A stretch of DNA of 10,171 nt from a virus. Below are positions 1-9,426 of the stretch, piece after piece (within the stretch, counting starts at the first letter, position 1; each line of letters starts with the position of its first letter). The notes beneath the pieces are model-generated. The model did no database searches and was not told the origin of the DNA. It worked only from the letters and a program-made list of their open reading frames with translations. The stretch lies in the UHGV virus genome UHGV-0316333, one strand, 5' to 3'. A program made the position numbers and the translations under genes.

Positions 1-387
1 GGATAATACTCTTGCAAATTTAACTCGCACTTTTTGCAAGGTTTTATAGAAAAGTATTTCATCTGTCGAATTTTGATGCTTATATAGTAACATTAAGTTT
101 TGGCTTAGAGTGTGGATCAAATCCAATATTAAATGTTGTGCTTGCTTGGATTTTATATCTAATCGTAGTTGCTCTGTTTCCTCTTTGATTGATTCTAAGC
201 TTTTGATTACTGCTTGTGAAACCTCTGAATCGAATGGTGCAATTAACACCCTTTTACCTTCAAGGTAGCTGAAATATTTCTCAAAGTTTTTTTTATCCGG
301 GTCAGATATAAATGGAATCAAATCTTTAGCTGTGATACCCGAGATAGATGCGAAATTTGCTAAACCACCAATTATTTCTAAAAACAA
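1..387 (-). CDS. Hypothetical protein, N-terminal ~129 codons (partial; continues beyond the left window edge)
   Basis: Minus-strand frame is open from position 435 to position 1, with no tta/cta/tca triplets in plus frame 1 across 1..387. A TTG at 387..385 sits 6 nt downstream of a perfect AGGAGG (399..394 on the minus strand). It is missing from the ORF track only because no stop lies inside the window. Very AT-rich; the translation (MFLEIIGGLANFASISGITAKDLIPFISDPDKK...) is not recognisable to me. Start codon is uncertain (alternative TTGs at 408 and 435). Confidence 0.4.
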   Translation of the reverse strand, partial: MFLEIIGGLANFASISGITAKDLIPFISDPDKKNFEKYFSYLEGKRVLIAPFDSEVSQAVIKSLESIKEETEQLRLDIKSKQAQHLILDLIHTLSQNLMLLYKHQNSTDEILFYKTLQKVRVKFARVLS

Positions 388-822
388 TTTCGGCCTCCTA
401 GTGACCAATTTGATAATTAGACTCTTCTTAAACAACTAAGTATCGAAAATTAGACGTTTTCATTGGAGTCAGGATGCTTTAGATAGTACTACGCATCGTT
501 TAGGCTGCGCCACTACTAGATTTGCAACATTACGAAAATTTAGTTATCTGGTTAAAATGACTATAATCACTCAGTAATAATTTGAATGCTAAGCATCTCC
601 ATGTTCACCCGACCAGATTGTGTTTATAACAATTCCTGGTATTAGGCTATATTCCCTTCATGAATAAAGTCCGCTTCTGGCACATAGCAGCCCTAGAGAC
701 AGTGGCGTAAAGTCATGGAGAATCGGTGGGAGGATATTCAGTTTCATTCATGCCGAAATACGGTAAAATCTATAACAGATAGAAATCATTCAATATTCGC
801 ACTATTGGAAGTTCACCAGCCA

Positions 823-863
823 GCCACAGCACGTTCTTGCATACAACGTGCCTGCGGTTTTTG
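823..863. repeat. Copy A of a ~40-bp hairpin-containing direct repeat (stem GCACGTT / AACGTGC, 9-nt loop CTTGCATAC, then GGTTTTT)
   Basis: ccacagcacgttcttgcatacaacgtgcctgcggttttt matches 1846..1886 (ccgcagcacgatcttgcatacgacgtgctacggtttcattt) at roughly 34 of 40 positions in the same orientation, with the loop sequence conserved. Confidence 0.5.
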
Positions 864-953
864 AGACCGGTCCGATCATCAAACGAAACATAAAATTAAT
901 TCACATTATGAGGAAAAGTATCTTTTTTGTACTATGTAAATTCAAAGACTTAG

Positions 954-1823
<870 letters not shown>

Positions 1824-1845
1824 GTCTTTAAGTGATAAGCATAAA

Positions 1846-1886
1846 CCGCAGCACGATCTTGCATACGACGTGCTACGGTTTCATTT
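1846..1886. terminator. Putative bidirectional intrinsic terminator between the convergent GIY-YIG gene and pin (copy B of the direct repeat)
   Basis: Stem CCGCAGCACG (1846..1855) pairs with CGTGCTACGG (1869..1878) at 9 of 10 positions around a 13-nt loop. It is followed by TTTCATTT on the plus strand and, on the minus strand, by TTTATGCTT. It lies in the 57-bp gap between the stop codons at 1821..1823 (plus) and 1881..1883 (minus). Confidence 0.45.
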
Positions 1887-2435
1887 ATCTCCGACCGGAA
1901 ACTTCTTATACAGTGTCGATATACCAACATCATAGATGATCGCCACCTTCTGGCGAGGAACGCCTGATGTAATTAATCGCCCGGCCTGCGCCCATTGTTC
2001 TGGTGTAAGTTTGGGACGACGTCCACCAATTCGTCCCTGTGCGCGAGCAGCTTCCAGTCCAGCTTTTGTTCGTTCAACAATCAGTTTTCGTTCCATTTCA
2101 GCCAAGGCCCCCATCACATGAAAGAAAAAACGCCCCATCGGTGTGCTGGTATCAATAGCATCCGTCAGGCTGCGAAAATTAACGCCACGTTCGCGCAACT
2201 CCTCAACCAGAATGACCAGATGCCGCATACTACGCCCCAGCCGATCCAGCTTCCAGACGACCAGAGTGTCACCTGCCGATAATGTCCTGAGCAGTTTTTT
2301 CAGTCCCGGCCTTTCGGACTTTGTACCGCTTATCTTGTCTTCAAAAATAAGCTCGCATCCTGCACAGTTCAGCGCATTACGTTGTAGATCTGTGTTCTGG
2401 TCATTTGTTGACACACGTACATAGCCAATAAGCAT
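1881..2435 (-). CDS. pin: Site-specific DNA invertase Pin (Hin/Gin/Cin/Pin serine recombinase family)
   Basis: Translation begins MLIGYVRVSTNDQNTDLQRNAL... and contains the conserved VVWKLDRLGRS and GRFFFHVMGALAEMER blocks and a C-terminal helix-turn-helix (VAIIYDVGISTLYKK). A GGAG lies about 9 nt upstream of the ATG at 2435. The ORF-track start at 2471 would add 12 residues not found in this family. Confidence 0.93.
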   Translation of the reverse strand: MLIGYVRVSTNDQNTDLQRNALNCAGCELIFEDKISGTKSERPGLKKLLRTLSAGDTLVVWKLDRLGRSMRHLVILVEELRERGVNFRSLTDAIDTSTPMGRFFFHVMGALAEMERKLIVERTKAGLEAARAQGRIGGRRPKLTPEQWAQAGRLITSGVPRQKVAIIYDVGISTLYKKFPVGDK

Positions 2436-2489
2436 GGTAGATCTCCCTGACAAAAGCAGGAATGATGCCATTTGATCGTTATTTCTGCA

Positions 2490-2515
2490 TTTTCATAAAC
2501 GTTGGTTTGGGAGAA
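2490..2515. repeat. Inversion crossover site (pix/hix/gix-like), pin-proximal
   Basis: TTTTCATAAACG-TT-GGTTTGGGAGAA is a 26-bp imperfect palindrome with an AAAC..GGTTT core of the kind seen in hix and gix sites. Its inner half-site GGTTTGGGAGAA is the exact reverse complement of the inner half of the site at 4086..4111. It lies ~55 bp upstream of the pin start. Confidence 0.75.
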
Positions 2516-2845
2516 GCCAGATATATCATTCAGCGAGGAGCTAATGCCAATGGTGCATGGATTCGCTGGTCAGATGGTGCAATAGAAGTCTTTGGAACGG
2601 GTGGGTCTAATGATAATGGACTGGCTAAAGTCGTTTACCCAATTGCACTGCCTAAACTTTCACGTTTTATCAGTATCGCGGAAAGAATAAGAACAGATTA
2701 CGAGAGCACACCTAATAATGTTCACGTTTCAATGATCGTGGATGATCAGGTAACAAATACCGGTTTTTATGCCCGCTGCCAGATGTACGACGGCAGACCA
2801 TCATCAAATGCTTTTTCCTGGAGGGTTTATTGTGCGCCTGTTTAA
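2504..2845 (+). CDS. Alternative tail-fibre C-terminal cassette, silent in this orientation and predicted to fuse to the constant N-terminus after inversion
   Basis: The plus-strand ORF 2462..2845 reads N-V-G-L-G-E across the crossover site, while the expressed fibre reads N-L-G-L-G-E across the other site. Plus-strand codons from 2504 are in phase with minus-strand codons ending at 4100 under the inversion mapping x -> 6601-x. No promoter or start codon of its own is expected. Confidence 0.5.
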   Translation, partial: GLGEARYIIQRGANANGAWIRWSDGAIEVFGTGGSNDNGLAKVVYPIALPKLSRFISIAERIRTDYESTPNNVHVSMIVDDQVTNTGFYARCQMYDGRPSSNAFSWRVYCAPV

Positions 2846-3029
2846 TCCAGTTACTTTGACTGAAGTAATCCCCGGTCTTCATGATGTGACCGGGGCTATT
2901 GAATTACCGGAGGACAACTGGTTTTTTACTATGACAGAAATTCCTCAGGGCATGGAGCTAACAATTAATGAGAAAGGGGAACCAATATTGATTGAGGTTA
3001 ATCAGTCTCAAGGAAAGCAGGCCAAATAA
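2832..3029 (+). CDS. Putative short alternative tail-fibre assembly protein (about 66 aa, possibly degenerate)
   Basis: Part of ORF 2769..3029. An in-frame GTG at 2832 overlaps the end of the alternative fibre cassette by 14 nt, and its 3' end converges on and overlaps the minus-strand tfa (2998..3029). Function is inferred from position only, and it is much shorter than the 201-aa tfa. Confidence 0.3.
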   Translation: MRLFNPVTLTEVIPGLHDVTGAIELPEDNWFFTMTEIPQGMELTINEKGEPILIEVNQSQGKQAK

Positions 3030-3603
3030 TATCAGGCGCGGTGCTGGTATCTGTTGCCGTCACCGCGTCAATGTAATCCAGCACGGCGTTAAGCCGGGTT
3101 GTTTCTGCCTGCATCAGCTTCCGTCCGGCCTGTAATTTCAGCTGAATCAGACTGATGGAAGCCATTGCAGCATCAATCAGTGACTGACGCTGTGCTTCTG
3201 CCGCGTCTACTGCGGCGCTATGCTGTGCCTCAGTATCGGTCACCCATTTCTCACCATCCCATTTATCGTATGGTGTTAACGGGGCGATAGTTGTGGTATT
3301 TTCAGGGTAATCACCCGGAGCTGTGATTTCTTTTGACTCTCCCGTTTTGGTGCTATAGACGATTTCACCGCGATGGTCTGGCACATATTCCCATGAGTTA
3401 AAATTTGCAGAACGACAGATAGCATAACCCACCTTATATGTGCCAGGGGCATCTAAACAGGAATATGCAGGAATACCGACACCAATGGCAAGATATTCAG
3501 TTGAAGCTGAAATATATTCCTGCGTCTCACTATCATAGTTATAAACGGTAATATCCCCCGACTTTGTAGCAATAAGCTCACTATTTAATATTGCTTTATC
3601 CAT
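2998..3603 (-). CDS. Tail fibre assembly protein (Tfa family, lambda Tfa / e14 TfaE-like)
   Basis: 201 aa. The C-terminal motif ...DTSTAPDIIWPAFLE matches the conserved Tfa ending (lambda Tfa ...DTSTAPDIEWPAVP). It sits immediately downstream of the fibre gene, whose stop overlaps its start at 3603. Confidence 0.85.
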   Translation of the reverse strand: MDKAILNSELIATKSGDITVYNYDSETQEYISASTEYLAIGVGIPAYSCLDAPGTYKVGYAICRSANFNSWEYVPDHRGEIVYSTKTGESKEITAPGDYPENTTTIAPLTPYDKWDGEKWVTDTEAQHSAAVDAAEAQRQSLIDAAMASISLIQLKLQAGRKLMQAETTRLNAVLDYIDAVTATDTSTAPDIIWPAFLETD

Positions 3604-4388
3604 TATGCTGCTCTCACGATATAGTTAAATGCAATGTTTCGAGGGCGATTCTCTGATGCTGTTGGTACAACCCTGGATGCATCAAAACTGAATCCTGTGT
3701 AAGGGGTATTTTTTGTTTCATATGTGCCTAGGTTATTATAGATATTTCGCGTAGTTTGAGATGCTAAGGCAAAAGCACCAGTACCAGTCTGTAACCTGAA
3801 AGTTGCTGTATCAATGGTGCCTTTAACTTCATTTATAAATCCTGTTATATTCCGAATGGTATCTCCCTGTGACGAAAGCAAGCTACGGTTAGTATCAATC
3901 CCTCTTCCATCATCCCAGCCACGAATAAACTCACCGCGTAAATCAGGCAATTTATTTGTCGGGTAAACCTTTGCCAGTTCCGGGTATTCTTCAGCAGAAA
4001 AAGCCGCCCCGTTGCATTTCAGCCAGCCTGTTGGCGGAGTGGCGGAAGGCCACGGAACAGGCACGCCAACGGGTAATGCCGAACCTTCTCCCAAACCAAG
4101 GTTTTCGAGAGCCGTTTTCACCGTGCCATCCGATTTGATATCACCAAACGGATTCTTGCGGCTTAACAGCAGTGCACGAAGCGCGGTAAGCAGCTGGTCA
4201 TGCCGCCCCTTCTCCAGGCTGGCACCGGATGCCTCCACCACGCTGCAGAGTTCTTCCTGCAACATATCAAAGTAGTCATCATCCAGATCGGTGGCAGGTG
4301 TGCCAGTCTTGGGGTTACCACGGGTAAAACCGTTCTTACCCGCGCCGAACTTATCCTTCTGCGCGGTTTTCGTGTCTATACGATGCAT
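3603..4388 (-). CDS. Tail fibre protein (constant N-terminal part outside the invertible segment, variable C-terminal part inside)
   Basis: 261 aa. The C-terminal ...[15 protein letters not shown] is the typical ending of phage tail-collar fibre domains. The crossover site at 4086..4111 falls inside the coding sequence at ...[11 protein letters not shown].... Confidence 0.85.
   Translation of the reverse strand: MHRIDTKTAQKDKFGAGKNGFTRGNPKTGTPATDLDDDYFDMLQEELCSVVEASGASLEKGRHDQLLTALRALLLSRKNPFGDIKSDGTVKTALENLGLGEGSALPVGVPVPWPSATPPTGWLKCNGAAFSAEEYPELAKVYPTNKLPDLRGEFIRGWDDGRGIDTNRSLLSSQGDTIRNITGFINEVKGTIDTATFRLQTGTGAFALASQTTRNIYNNLGTYETKNTPYTGFSFDASRVVPTASENRPRNIAFNYIVRAA
4086..4111. repeat. 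Inversion crossover site (pix-like), distal, inside the tail fibre gene
   Basis: TTCTCCCAAACC-AA-GGTTTTCGAGAG. The reverse complement of the site at 2490..2515 is TTCTCCCAAACCAACGTTTATGAAAA, so the first 14 nt are identical and the conserved GTTT core follows. Confidence 0.75.
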
Positions 4389-4391
4389 GGA

Positions 4392-4976
4392 TTACTCCGG
4401 ATATTTAAAAATTACGTAGGTATGCGACGGGCAGAGTTTGTTAAGCACACATTCGACAACGGTGTCGCCCCAGATACGCAGCGCGGAATCACAGGGATCG
4501 CCACATGTCATCCAGGTGGTGTTGGTGGCGGCTGGCATGTTGACCTGCCAGTAATACCGCCATTCTGGCGCATTCACCGCGTCAGTACAGGCCGATGAGC
4601 AGGTGAACGTGCTTTTGTCGTATCGCGTGATGTTGGCATCTGGTCTGCCCAGGGCAGCAAGCTGTGCAAGATAAAAATTCTCGTTGATGCCGCCCGCCAG
4701 GTTAACCTTCGCATCCAGCCGTTGCTGACGCTGGCGGAGGGGCTGTGTCCCTGCGGGAATACATTCATCCGGCAGGCCGCACAGACGCTCCCAGCGGTTT
4801 ATCAGTTCAGTGGTGGTGCGCGGATCCAGCTCCCGCATCAGGGCATCCGCACGCTGATGAACGCGGGTTAATGACGGTGCCGCACCGGCAATCGCCGGAT
4901 CGCTGGCTGACCACGCCGGACCAGGGGGCAACAGTGCCGACAACAGACGGATGTAATCATCGTTTGTCACGTCCAT
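4392..4976 (-). CDS. ymfQ: Tail/baseplate protein, YmfQ-like (Mu gp48-like, DUF2313)
   Basis: 194 aa with the N-terminal ...[12 protein letters not shown]... block typical of this family, sitting directly upstream of the fibre gene as in e14 and Mu. The gene symbol is assigned from synteny and length, not from a search. Confidence 0.7.
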   Translation of the reverse strand: MDVTNDDYIRLLSALLPPGPAWSASDPAIAGAAPSLTRVHQRADALMRELDPRTTTELINRWERLCGLPDECIPAGTQPLRQRQQRLDAKVNLAGGINENFYLAQLAALGRPDANITRYDKSTFTCSSACTDAVNAPEWRYYWQVNMPAATNTTWMTCGDPCDSALRIWGDTVVECVLNKLCPSHTYVIFKYPE

Positions 4977-6025
4977 GAAATCGTCCCCAGAACCGCCAGT
5001 TCGTTTTTCGCAATGGAGATATTGTCTGCCGGTGCAAGCAACTGATGGCTGTATTCCCCGTTCGCACCGGAAATCGCTTCACTGATACGCGACACCTTCA
5101 GCTCTCCCTGCGGATAACCATCACGCAGCAGGAACGAACGCAACTCCGCGGTAATGGCAGCCCGTATTTCTGGTGTGTCCGGCGTCACGCGGATATGAAA
5201 ATCCACCGTATGTGCCACCGGCCTGAATACATACAAATCAGAGCCTGCCACCGGGGCCAGTGGCCCGATATGTTGTCTTGCTGCCGTTTCCGTTGATTCT
5301 TCCGGAATGGGATTAATCAGGTCACTGCTGGCAATCATCACACCGACAGTTCCCGTTCCCATCCAGTGACGGTATGTCCATGCGCGGGTAATGCCGGGCA
5401 CTTCTTTAGCCCAAACGACATAGTCCCCGTCAGCCCCGCCCTGAGGCGTCCAGTAATACCGCTCAATGACGCGGGCGCGCCACGTTTCCATCTCTTCAGT
5501 ATCAAATCCACCTGTCAGGGTATCTGCCACGCCGGAAGACGGCAGACCATTCACCGGCGTGACCAGGATTAATGACGTACCGTCGTCAGCGTTACCGACC
5601 GCGCCTGCACTTGAGCAGGCGATCGGCACGCGCAGGACACCACCGGAGCTGGTTGCATCGGCAGTTGCCGTGTACTGAACCAGGTCATCGCGCTGAATAA
5701 CACTCCCGGCGGTCACCTTCAGGCCATCGCTGACACCTTCCCAGCGCATATACCCACTGGCAACCGTGGCTCCCTTGCGCGGACACCGTTTCATCGCAGC
5801 ATGTCGCGCCAGCCAGGACTCATCGCACAGGTCAGGCAGCATGTTCATTGCCAGATAATCGATGTAACCGTAAACCGTATGCAGCGCCGCCGCATACACC
5901 TTTGCCCGCACGTCTTCATCCATGCGCCGGAGCGTGTCGCTGACGTCCAGCCTGGCGAACAAATCGTTACGGAGCATACTGATATTTTCTGCCAGCGTCG
6001 GGCGCTGAAATTCACTGTCCGCCAT
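4967..6025 (-). CDS. Baseplate J-like protein (Mu gp47-like)
   Basis: 352 aa. Its end overlaps the downstream gene by 10 nt, indicating translational coupling, and its position between the gp46-like and gp48-like genes matches the Mu order. Confidence 0.75.
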   Translation of the reverse strand: MADSEFQRPTLAENISMLRNDLFARLDVSDTLRRMDEDVRAKVYAAALHTVYGYIDYLAMNMLPDLCDESWLARHAAMKRCPRKGATVASGYMRWEGVSDGLKVTAGSVIQRDDLVQYTATADATSSGGVLRVPIACSSAGAVGNADDGTSLILVTPVNGLPSSGVADTLTGGFDTEEMETWRARVIERYYWTPQGGADGDYVVWAKEVPGITRAWTYRHWMGTGTVGVMIASSDLINPIPEESTETAARQHIGPLAPVAGSDLYVFRPVAHTVDFHIRVTPDTPEIRAAITAELRSFLLRDGYPQGELKVSRISEAISGANGEYSHQLLAPADNISIAKNELAVLGTISWT

Positions 6026-6440
6026 GCGTTATCGCACTCCACAGATCATCAAAAGAAATCATTACCGGTCCGTCACGACGCCAGAGGGTGATACTGTTAC
6101 CCAGTTCATTAATCCCGGTGCGGCGGATATCCAGATCAATACGGGACACCACGCCGTCATCAATCATCCATTGCAGGCATTCGCGGATATACCCCCTTAC
6201 CGTCAGCACCAGCTGATTGGTCAGTTTGCTGCGCTGAAGCAGCCACAGTCGGGAGCCGTAACGGTCATTCTGTACCGCAGGCCAGGTATCCCCCCACCAT
6301 CCCATCGGGACGTCGGCGTTGTCATCAGGCTCCGCCCGCCGCCAGGTAAACAGGGAAATCACCACGGCGCGGGTCAGCGGATCCAGCGGTGCGCTGGCGC
6401 AGGTGCGTTTACCGTTCACCGTCAGCCACAGTTCCATCAT
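6012..6440 (-). CDS. Baseplate protein, Mu gp46-like (phage GP46 family)
   Basis: 142 aa, coupled to the upstream gene by a 4-nt overlap (6437..6440) and to the downstream gene by a 14-nt overlap (6012..6025). Assigned by position and size. Confidence 0.6.
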   Translation of the reverse strand: MMELWLTVNGKRTCASAPLDPLTRAVVISLFTWRRAEPDDNADVPMGWWGDTWPAVQNDRYGSRLWLLQRSKLTNQLVLTVRGYIRECLQWMIDDGVVSRIDLDIRRTGINELGNSITLWRRDGPVMISFDDLWSAITHGGQ

Positions 6441-6985
6441 GCCTCCATCGCTTTATCAGGTTTGTCGGTGTTACTGCCCTGACCGTTCTCTCTGTGACGA
6501 TGCCCGTTATAGGCAAGCCGCATCGCTGACATGGTGGTGCCGCTGGAGTCGCACAGGTCTTTCACCTGTCCTGTCACTTCCAGGTCCATTTCAAAACGTG
6601 CTTTAGGTGAATTGCGAAACGTGATCGTTTTACCTGCACCGTCCACCACGATCCCCTCCCGGGTCAGCGTCACGGACTGCCCCTGATCGTCATAGACAGC
6701 CACCTCACCCGTCTGCAGCCCTTTCAGGCGGTAGCGCCGGTCCGACACCGTAACAACCACCGCATGAGAACGGTCGCCATCCGGAAACAACACCACCGCT
6801 TCCGCACCGCTGTTTGCCCTTGCGGTAAAACCGTAGGGTTCAAGATGTTCAACCCCGGCTTTGGGTTCACCGGCAATCAGGGACACATCCACGGTCTGAC
6901 ATTTCGTGGCGGCACTGATGCTTTTCACCACTGCCCGCCCAATCAGGCCGAGAAGTTGTCGCTGCATGGCTTCAATCGTCCTCAT
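6437..6985 (-). CDS. Baseplate assembly / spike protein (Mu gp45-like, P2 gpV-like)
   Basis: 182 aa. ATGA-type start/stop overlaps with both neighbours place it in the same operon; assigned from synteny. Confidence 0.65.
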   Translation of the reverse strand: MRTIEAMQRQLLGLIGRAVVKSISAATKCQTVDVSLIAGEPKAGVEHLEPYGFTARANSGAEAVVLFPDGDRSHAVVVTVSDRRYRLKGLQTGEVAVYDDQGQSVTLTREGIVVDGAGKTITFRNSPKARFEMDLEVTGQVKDLCDSSGTTMSAMRLAYNGHRHRENGQGSNTDKPDKAMEA

Positions 6986-8064
6986 CAGAACGGGTCCTCC
7001 TGTACTCTGGCTTTTTTCTTTTTCCGCGCGCCGGGGTCTTCAGGTTCAGGCAGATAAGCATCAGGCGGGCCGACACGGATTTCCGTCAGGGTGCCGTTCT
7101 GGTCCTGAGTAAACGTGACTTCCGAAACAAGCAGTTCGGTATTGTCAAAACCACAGACCGGATCAAAGACAATCACCCGCTGGTTGGGCTGCCACAGCGT
7201 ACCGTTACCCTGTCGCCAGCCCTGCACCACATAGGTGGTTTCATCCGTCCGCGCCGCCCGTTGCCGGGCTTCAAAGTCAGCACGCGCAATACAGCCTGCC
7301 CCCGTGGCCTGCCCTGTCTGCCTGATATACATCGGACGGTAACGGGCAATAAATGCGTCCTCTGTGCGGGCCCGCAGCGCGGTGGTGGTGGCCTCACCGA
7401 AATCATCGTCGTTTCCGGCACGCTGCCCCGCCACCTGGTAAACAGAAAACCGCTCCCGGATACTCTTCTCCGTATCGCAGGAAAGGATGTTTTCCCCGAG
7501 TACCAGCGCAGTATGTGCCCGCGTTGAGCCAATACCACCAATCACCAGCCTGCCGTGCGGGTCGTCGTAAGCCAGTGCCTGCTGCTGACCGAGTATTTTG
7601 TTGATTACCTCAATCACCGTTTCACCGTGATCGGGCTGGACGTCAGGAATAACACCCGACGGCGCACCGTTGTTCACCACCTCAATGCCGAAAGGCGCAG
7701 CAAGCGCCTGCGCAATCTGTACCAGCGCTCGTCCGTTAAACTGTGTCGGTTCGGCTGCACAGTCAATCAGGTCAGCCGTCAGACTACGTCCGGCAATACC
7801 GGTGCTGACCGAACGGGCATCGTAACGAACGGGCGTCGCCTCCACCCAGCCGGTGATCACCAGCTCATCACCAATCAGCACTTCCACTTTTGAACCGTTT
7901 TTAATGCGCGGCTGAAGCGTGGTGATACCCCCATCTCCCGGCCACTGGCGGGTGATCTCCACACTGAAATCCCGCGCCAGCCGTTCAATACCGGCACCGA
8001 TGCGCACCGATGTCCAGCCATTCCACTCCCGGCCATTTACCCGTAGCGTGACGTTATCGTTCAT
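6985..8064 (-). CDS. Tail/baseplate hub protein (Mu gp44/P-like, phage late control D family)
   Basis: 359 aa, following the DNA-circulation-like gene as in Mu. Lys-rich C-terminal tail (...ARKKKKARVQEDPF). Confidence 0.7.
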   Translation of the reverse strand: MNDNVTLRVNGREWNGWTSVRIGAGIERLARDFSVEITRQWPGDGGITTLQPRIKNGSKVEVLIGDELVITGWVEATPVRYDARSVSTGIAGRSLTADLIDCAAEPTQFNGRALVQIAQALAAPFGIEVVNNGAPSGVIPDVQPDHGETVIEVINKILGQQQALAYDDPHGRLVIGGIGSTRAHTALVLGENILSCDTEKSIRERFSVYQVAGQRAGNDDDFGEATTTALRARTEDAFIARYRPMYIRQTGQATGAGCIARADFEARQRAARTDETTYVVQGWRQGNGTLWQPNQRVIVFDPVCGFDNTELLVSEVTFTQDQNGTLTEIRVGPPDAYLPEPEDPGARKKKKARVQEDPF

Positions 8065-9389
8065 TGCACTGGCACCTTCAGAGGGATCACCGGCACAAAG
8101 CCGGGATGCGTAATGGCATTACGCCGGATAATGTCCGCGTCACGCGCCGCGTTATCAAACCAGGTCGCCGCCAGCACCAGCGCGGGTAAAACCTCATCCG
8201 GTGTGCGCTGAATGATCCGTGCAGACTGTTCAAGGCGCGTGTTGATATCCGCATTCAGATCTGCTTTCACCCGGCGCAGCGCCAGAAACAGCGCATCACT
8301 GGTTGTACGGGACAACTCCTTATCAATTGCCGTATTCAGTGTGTCGCGAATGTCAGTCAGTTCTTCCCACGTCGGCAGGTCAACCGTGTTTTTCACCGCC
8401 GGTGCATTGTTCAGTGCCGGATGCGTGACGGAAGGCCAGCCAGTGCTCTGCGCAGGTGTTGTTGCCTGCTCCACTGCGGCATTCTGCATCACCGCGGAAG
8501 TTGTTGGCGCAGGCAATCGGGTGACGGCATACGCCGCTTCGCTGATTGCGGTCGTACGAAGGGTGCTGGCAACCACGTTACGCTGCTGCGTCGCCGTGGC
8601 GGTGGTTTTACTGTCCGTTTTCCAGACGCCGCGCGGTTGCAGATCGCTGCCGAGGCTGACACCGGAAAGCGTTTTGATCATGGTGACCAGGTCGCTGGCG
8701 TTACCATAAAGGCGTTTCCCGGTACGCCACATTTTCTGCACCTGCTCAACGAAATTTTTGCCTGACGATGGCGGCGGCAGAAGTACCGAGATATCCCCCT
8801 GCAACAGCCTGGCGACATCCGATACGGCAGAATCCACCACTTTCATCGCATCAGAAACATACCCAAGCATTGTGCTGGCATTACCGACGACGTCGTTCTG
8901 CACAAAATCTGCCACGCCATCGATACTGAAACCACTGAAACTGTCACTGATGCAGTCATCCAGTGCAGAACAGGATGACATCAGCGTCTGCGCCGTCGCC
9001 GCACCTGATGTGGGGTAAGAGAGTTCTCCCGCTTCGACAAACTTCAGGTCAAAGCGGACAATACGCCCTTCACTCTTCGATGTGCTGACCCGAACCTCCC
9101 CGTCAACACAGACTTTCAGCTCACCGTATGTCGGATGGACAAGCGTGCCGGGACCGGGTTTATTCAGCGCGTCAATCAGGCGATCGCGCTGGTCAAAGCA
9201 GTCATCTCCCACCACATAAGCCGTGATGGACGGGCGGAAAGTGACTTTTCCCAAATCTTCGGTATAGGGTTTGTCGCGGTTCGGGTATTCGTGCGTTTCC
9301 ACACGACGACCGGTTCCCGCATTTTCTTCTTCAACCTTAAACGGCACACCGCGAAATGACGCGTCCTGAAGTCTGTCTTTCCACGTCAT
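8061..9389 (-). CDS. DNA circulation protein-like tail protein (Mu gp43/N-like)
   Basis: ORF-track frame 8061..9431. I prefer the in-frame ATG at 9389 (MTWKDRLQDASFRGVPFK...), which has a GGAG 5 nt upstream. The longer form would begin inside a terminator-like hairpin with no Shine-Dalgarno. Confidence 0.7.
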   Translation of the reverse strand: MTWKDRLQDASFRGVPFKVEEENAGTGRRVETHEYPNRDKPYTEDLGKVTFRPSITAYVVGDDCFDQRDRLIDALNKPGPGTLVHPTYGELKVCVDGEVRVSTSKSEGRIVRFDLKFVEAGELSYPTSGAATAQTLMSSCSALDDCISDSFSGFSIDGVADFVQNDVVGNASTMLGYVSDAMKVVDSAVSDVARLLQGDISVLLPPPSSGKNFVEQVQKMWRTGKRLYGNASDLVTMIKTLSGVSLGSDLQPRGVWKTDSKTTATATQQRNVVASTLRTTAISEAAYAVTRLPAPTTSAVMQNAAVEQATTPAQSTGWPSVTHPALNNAPAVKNTVDLPTWEELTDIRDTLNTAIDKELSRTTSDALFLALRRVKADLNADINTRLEQSARIIQRTPDEVLPALVLAATWFDNAARDADIIRRNAITHPGFVPVIPLKVPVQ

Positions 9390-9404
9390 ATAAACTCCGT
9401 ACAT

Positions 9405-9426
9405 AAAAAATCCCACCGGAGTGGGA
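9405..9426 (-). terminator. Intrinsic-terminator-like hairpin plus U-run between tape-measure and gp43-like genes (possible attenuator)
   Basis: On the minus strand: TCCCAC-TCCG-GTGGGA (6-bp GC-rich stem, 4-nt loop) followed directly by TTTTTT, 24 nt downstream of the tape-measure stop codon. Confidence 0.3.

Larger units (their letters stand above)
2490..4111. other. Invertible tail-fibre host-range segment (analogous to e14 P, Mu G, P1 C segments)
   Basis: Bounded by two 26-bp crossover sites in inverted orientation, whose central dinucleotides are TT (2502..2503) and AA (4098..4099). It contains the variable C-terminal part of the fibre gene plus tfa on the minus strand, and an alternative fibre C-terminus plus a short tfa on the plus strand. 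The reading frame is preserved across the predicted junction. Confidence 0.75.

Noticed and set aside
95-130. tRNA T-arm-like sequence (GGATCAAATCC) that might mark a tRNA integration site
   Set aside because: The flanking stems do not pair and no acceptor or anticodon arms can be built. It lies inside the open minus-strand reading frame.
1936-2424. Three plus-strand ORFs (1936..2121, 1995..2282, 2143..2424) lying antisense within pin
   Set aside because: They overlap a well-supported, conserved invertase gene on the opposite strand, have no recognisable features, and have low-complexity, Ser/Arg/Pro-rich translations typical of shadow frames.
2436-2471. Extended pin start at 2471 (MASFLLLSGRST- prefix)
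   Set aside because: Hin/Gin/Cin/Pin invertases begin MLIGYVRVS..., and the internal ATG at 2435 has a GGAG upstream.
2769-2831. ATG at 2769 as the start of the plus-strand tfa-like ORF (86 aa)
   Set aside because: It would overlap the alternative fibre cassette by 77 nt in another frame. The GTG at 2832 gives the short overlap typical of fibre-tfa pairs, though the whole ORF remains low confidence.
7173-7541. Minus-strand 122-aa ORF inside the gp44-like gene in another frame, and similar internal ORFs at 4574..4768, 5845..6042 and 9593..9775
   Set aside because: Out-of-frame internal ORFs nested within larger, better-supported genes on the same strand.
3956-9359. Numerous plus-strand ORFs of 60-165 aa across the tail region (for example 4200..4598, 5045..5296, 6024..6482, 7261..7527, 8212..8709, 8421..8765, 9135..9359)
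   Set aside because: All lie antisense to a tightly packed, translationally coupled minus-strand operon in GC-rich DNA, where long spurious open frames are expected. Their translations are Arg/Pro/Ser-rich with no start context.
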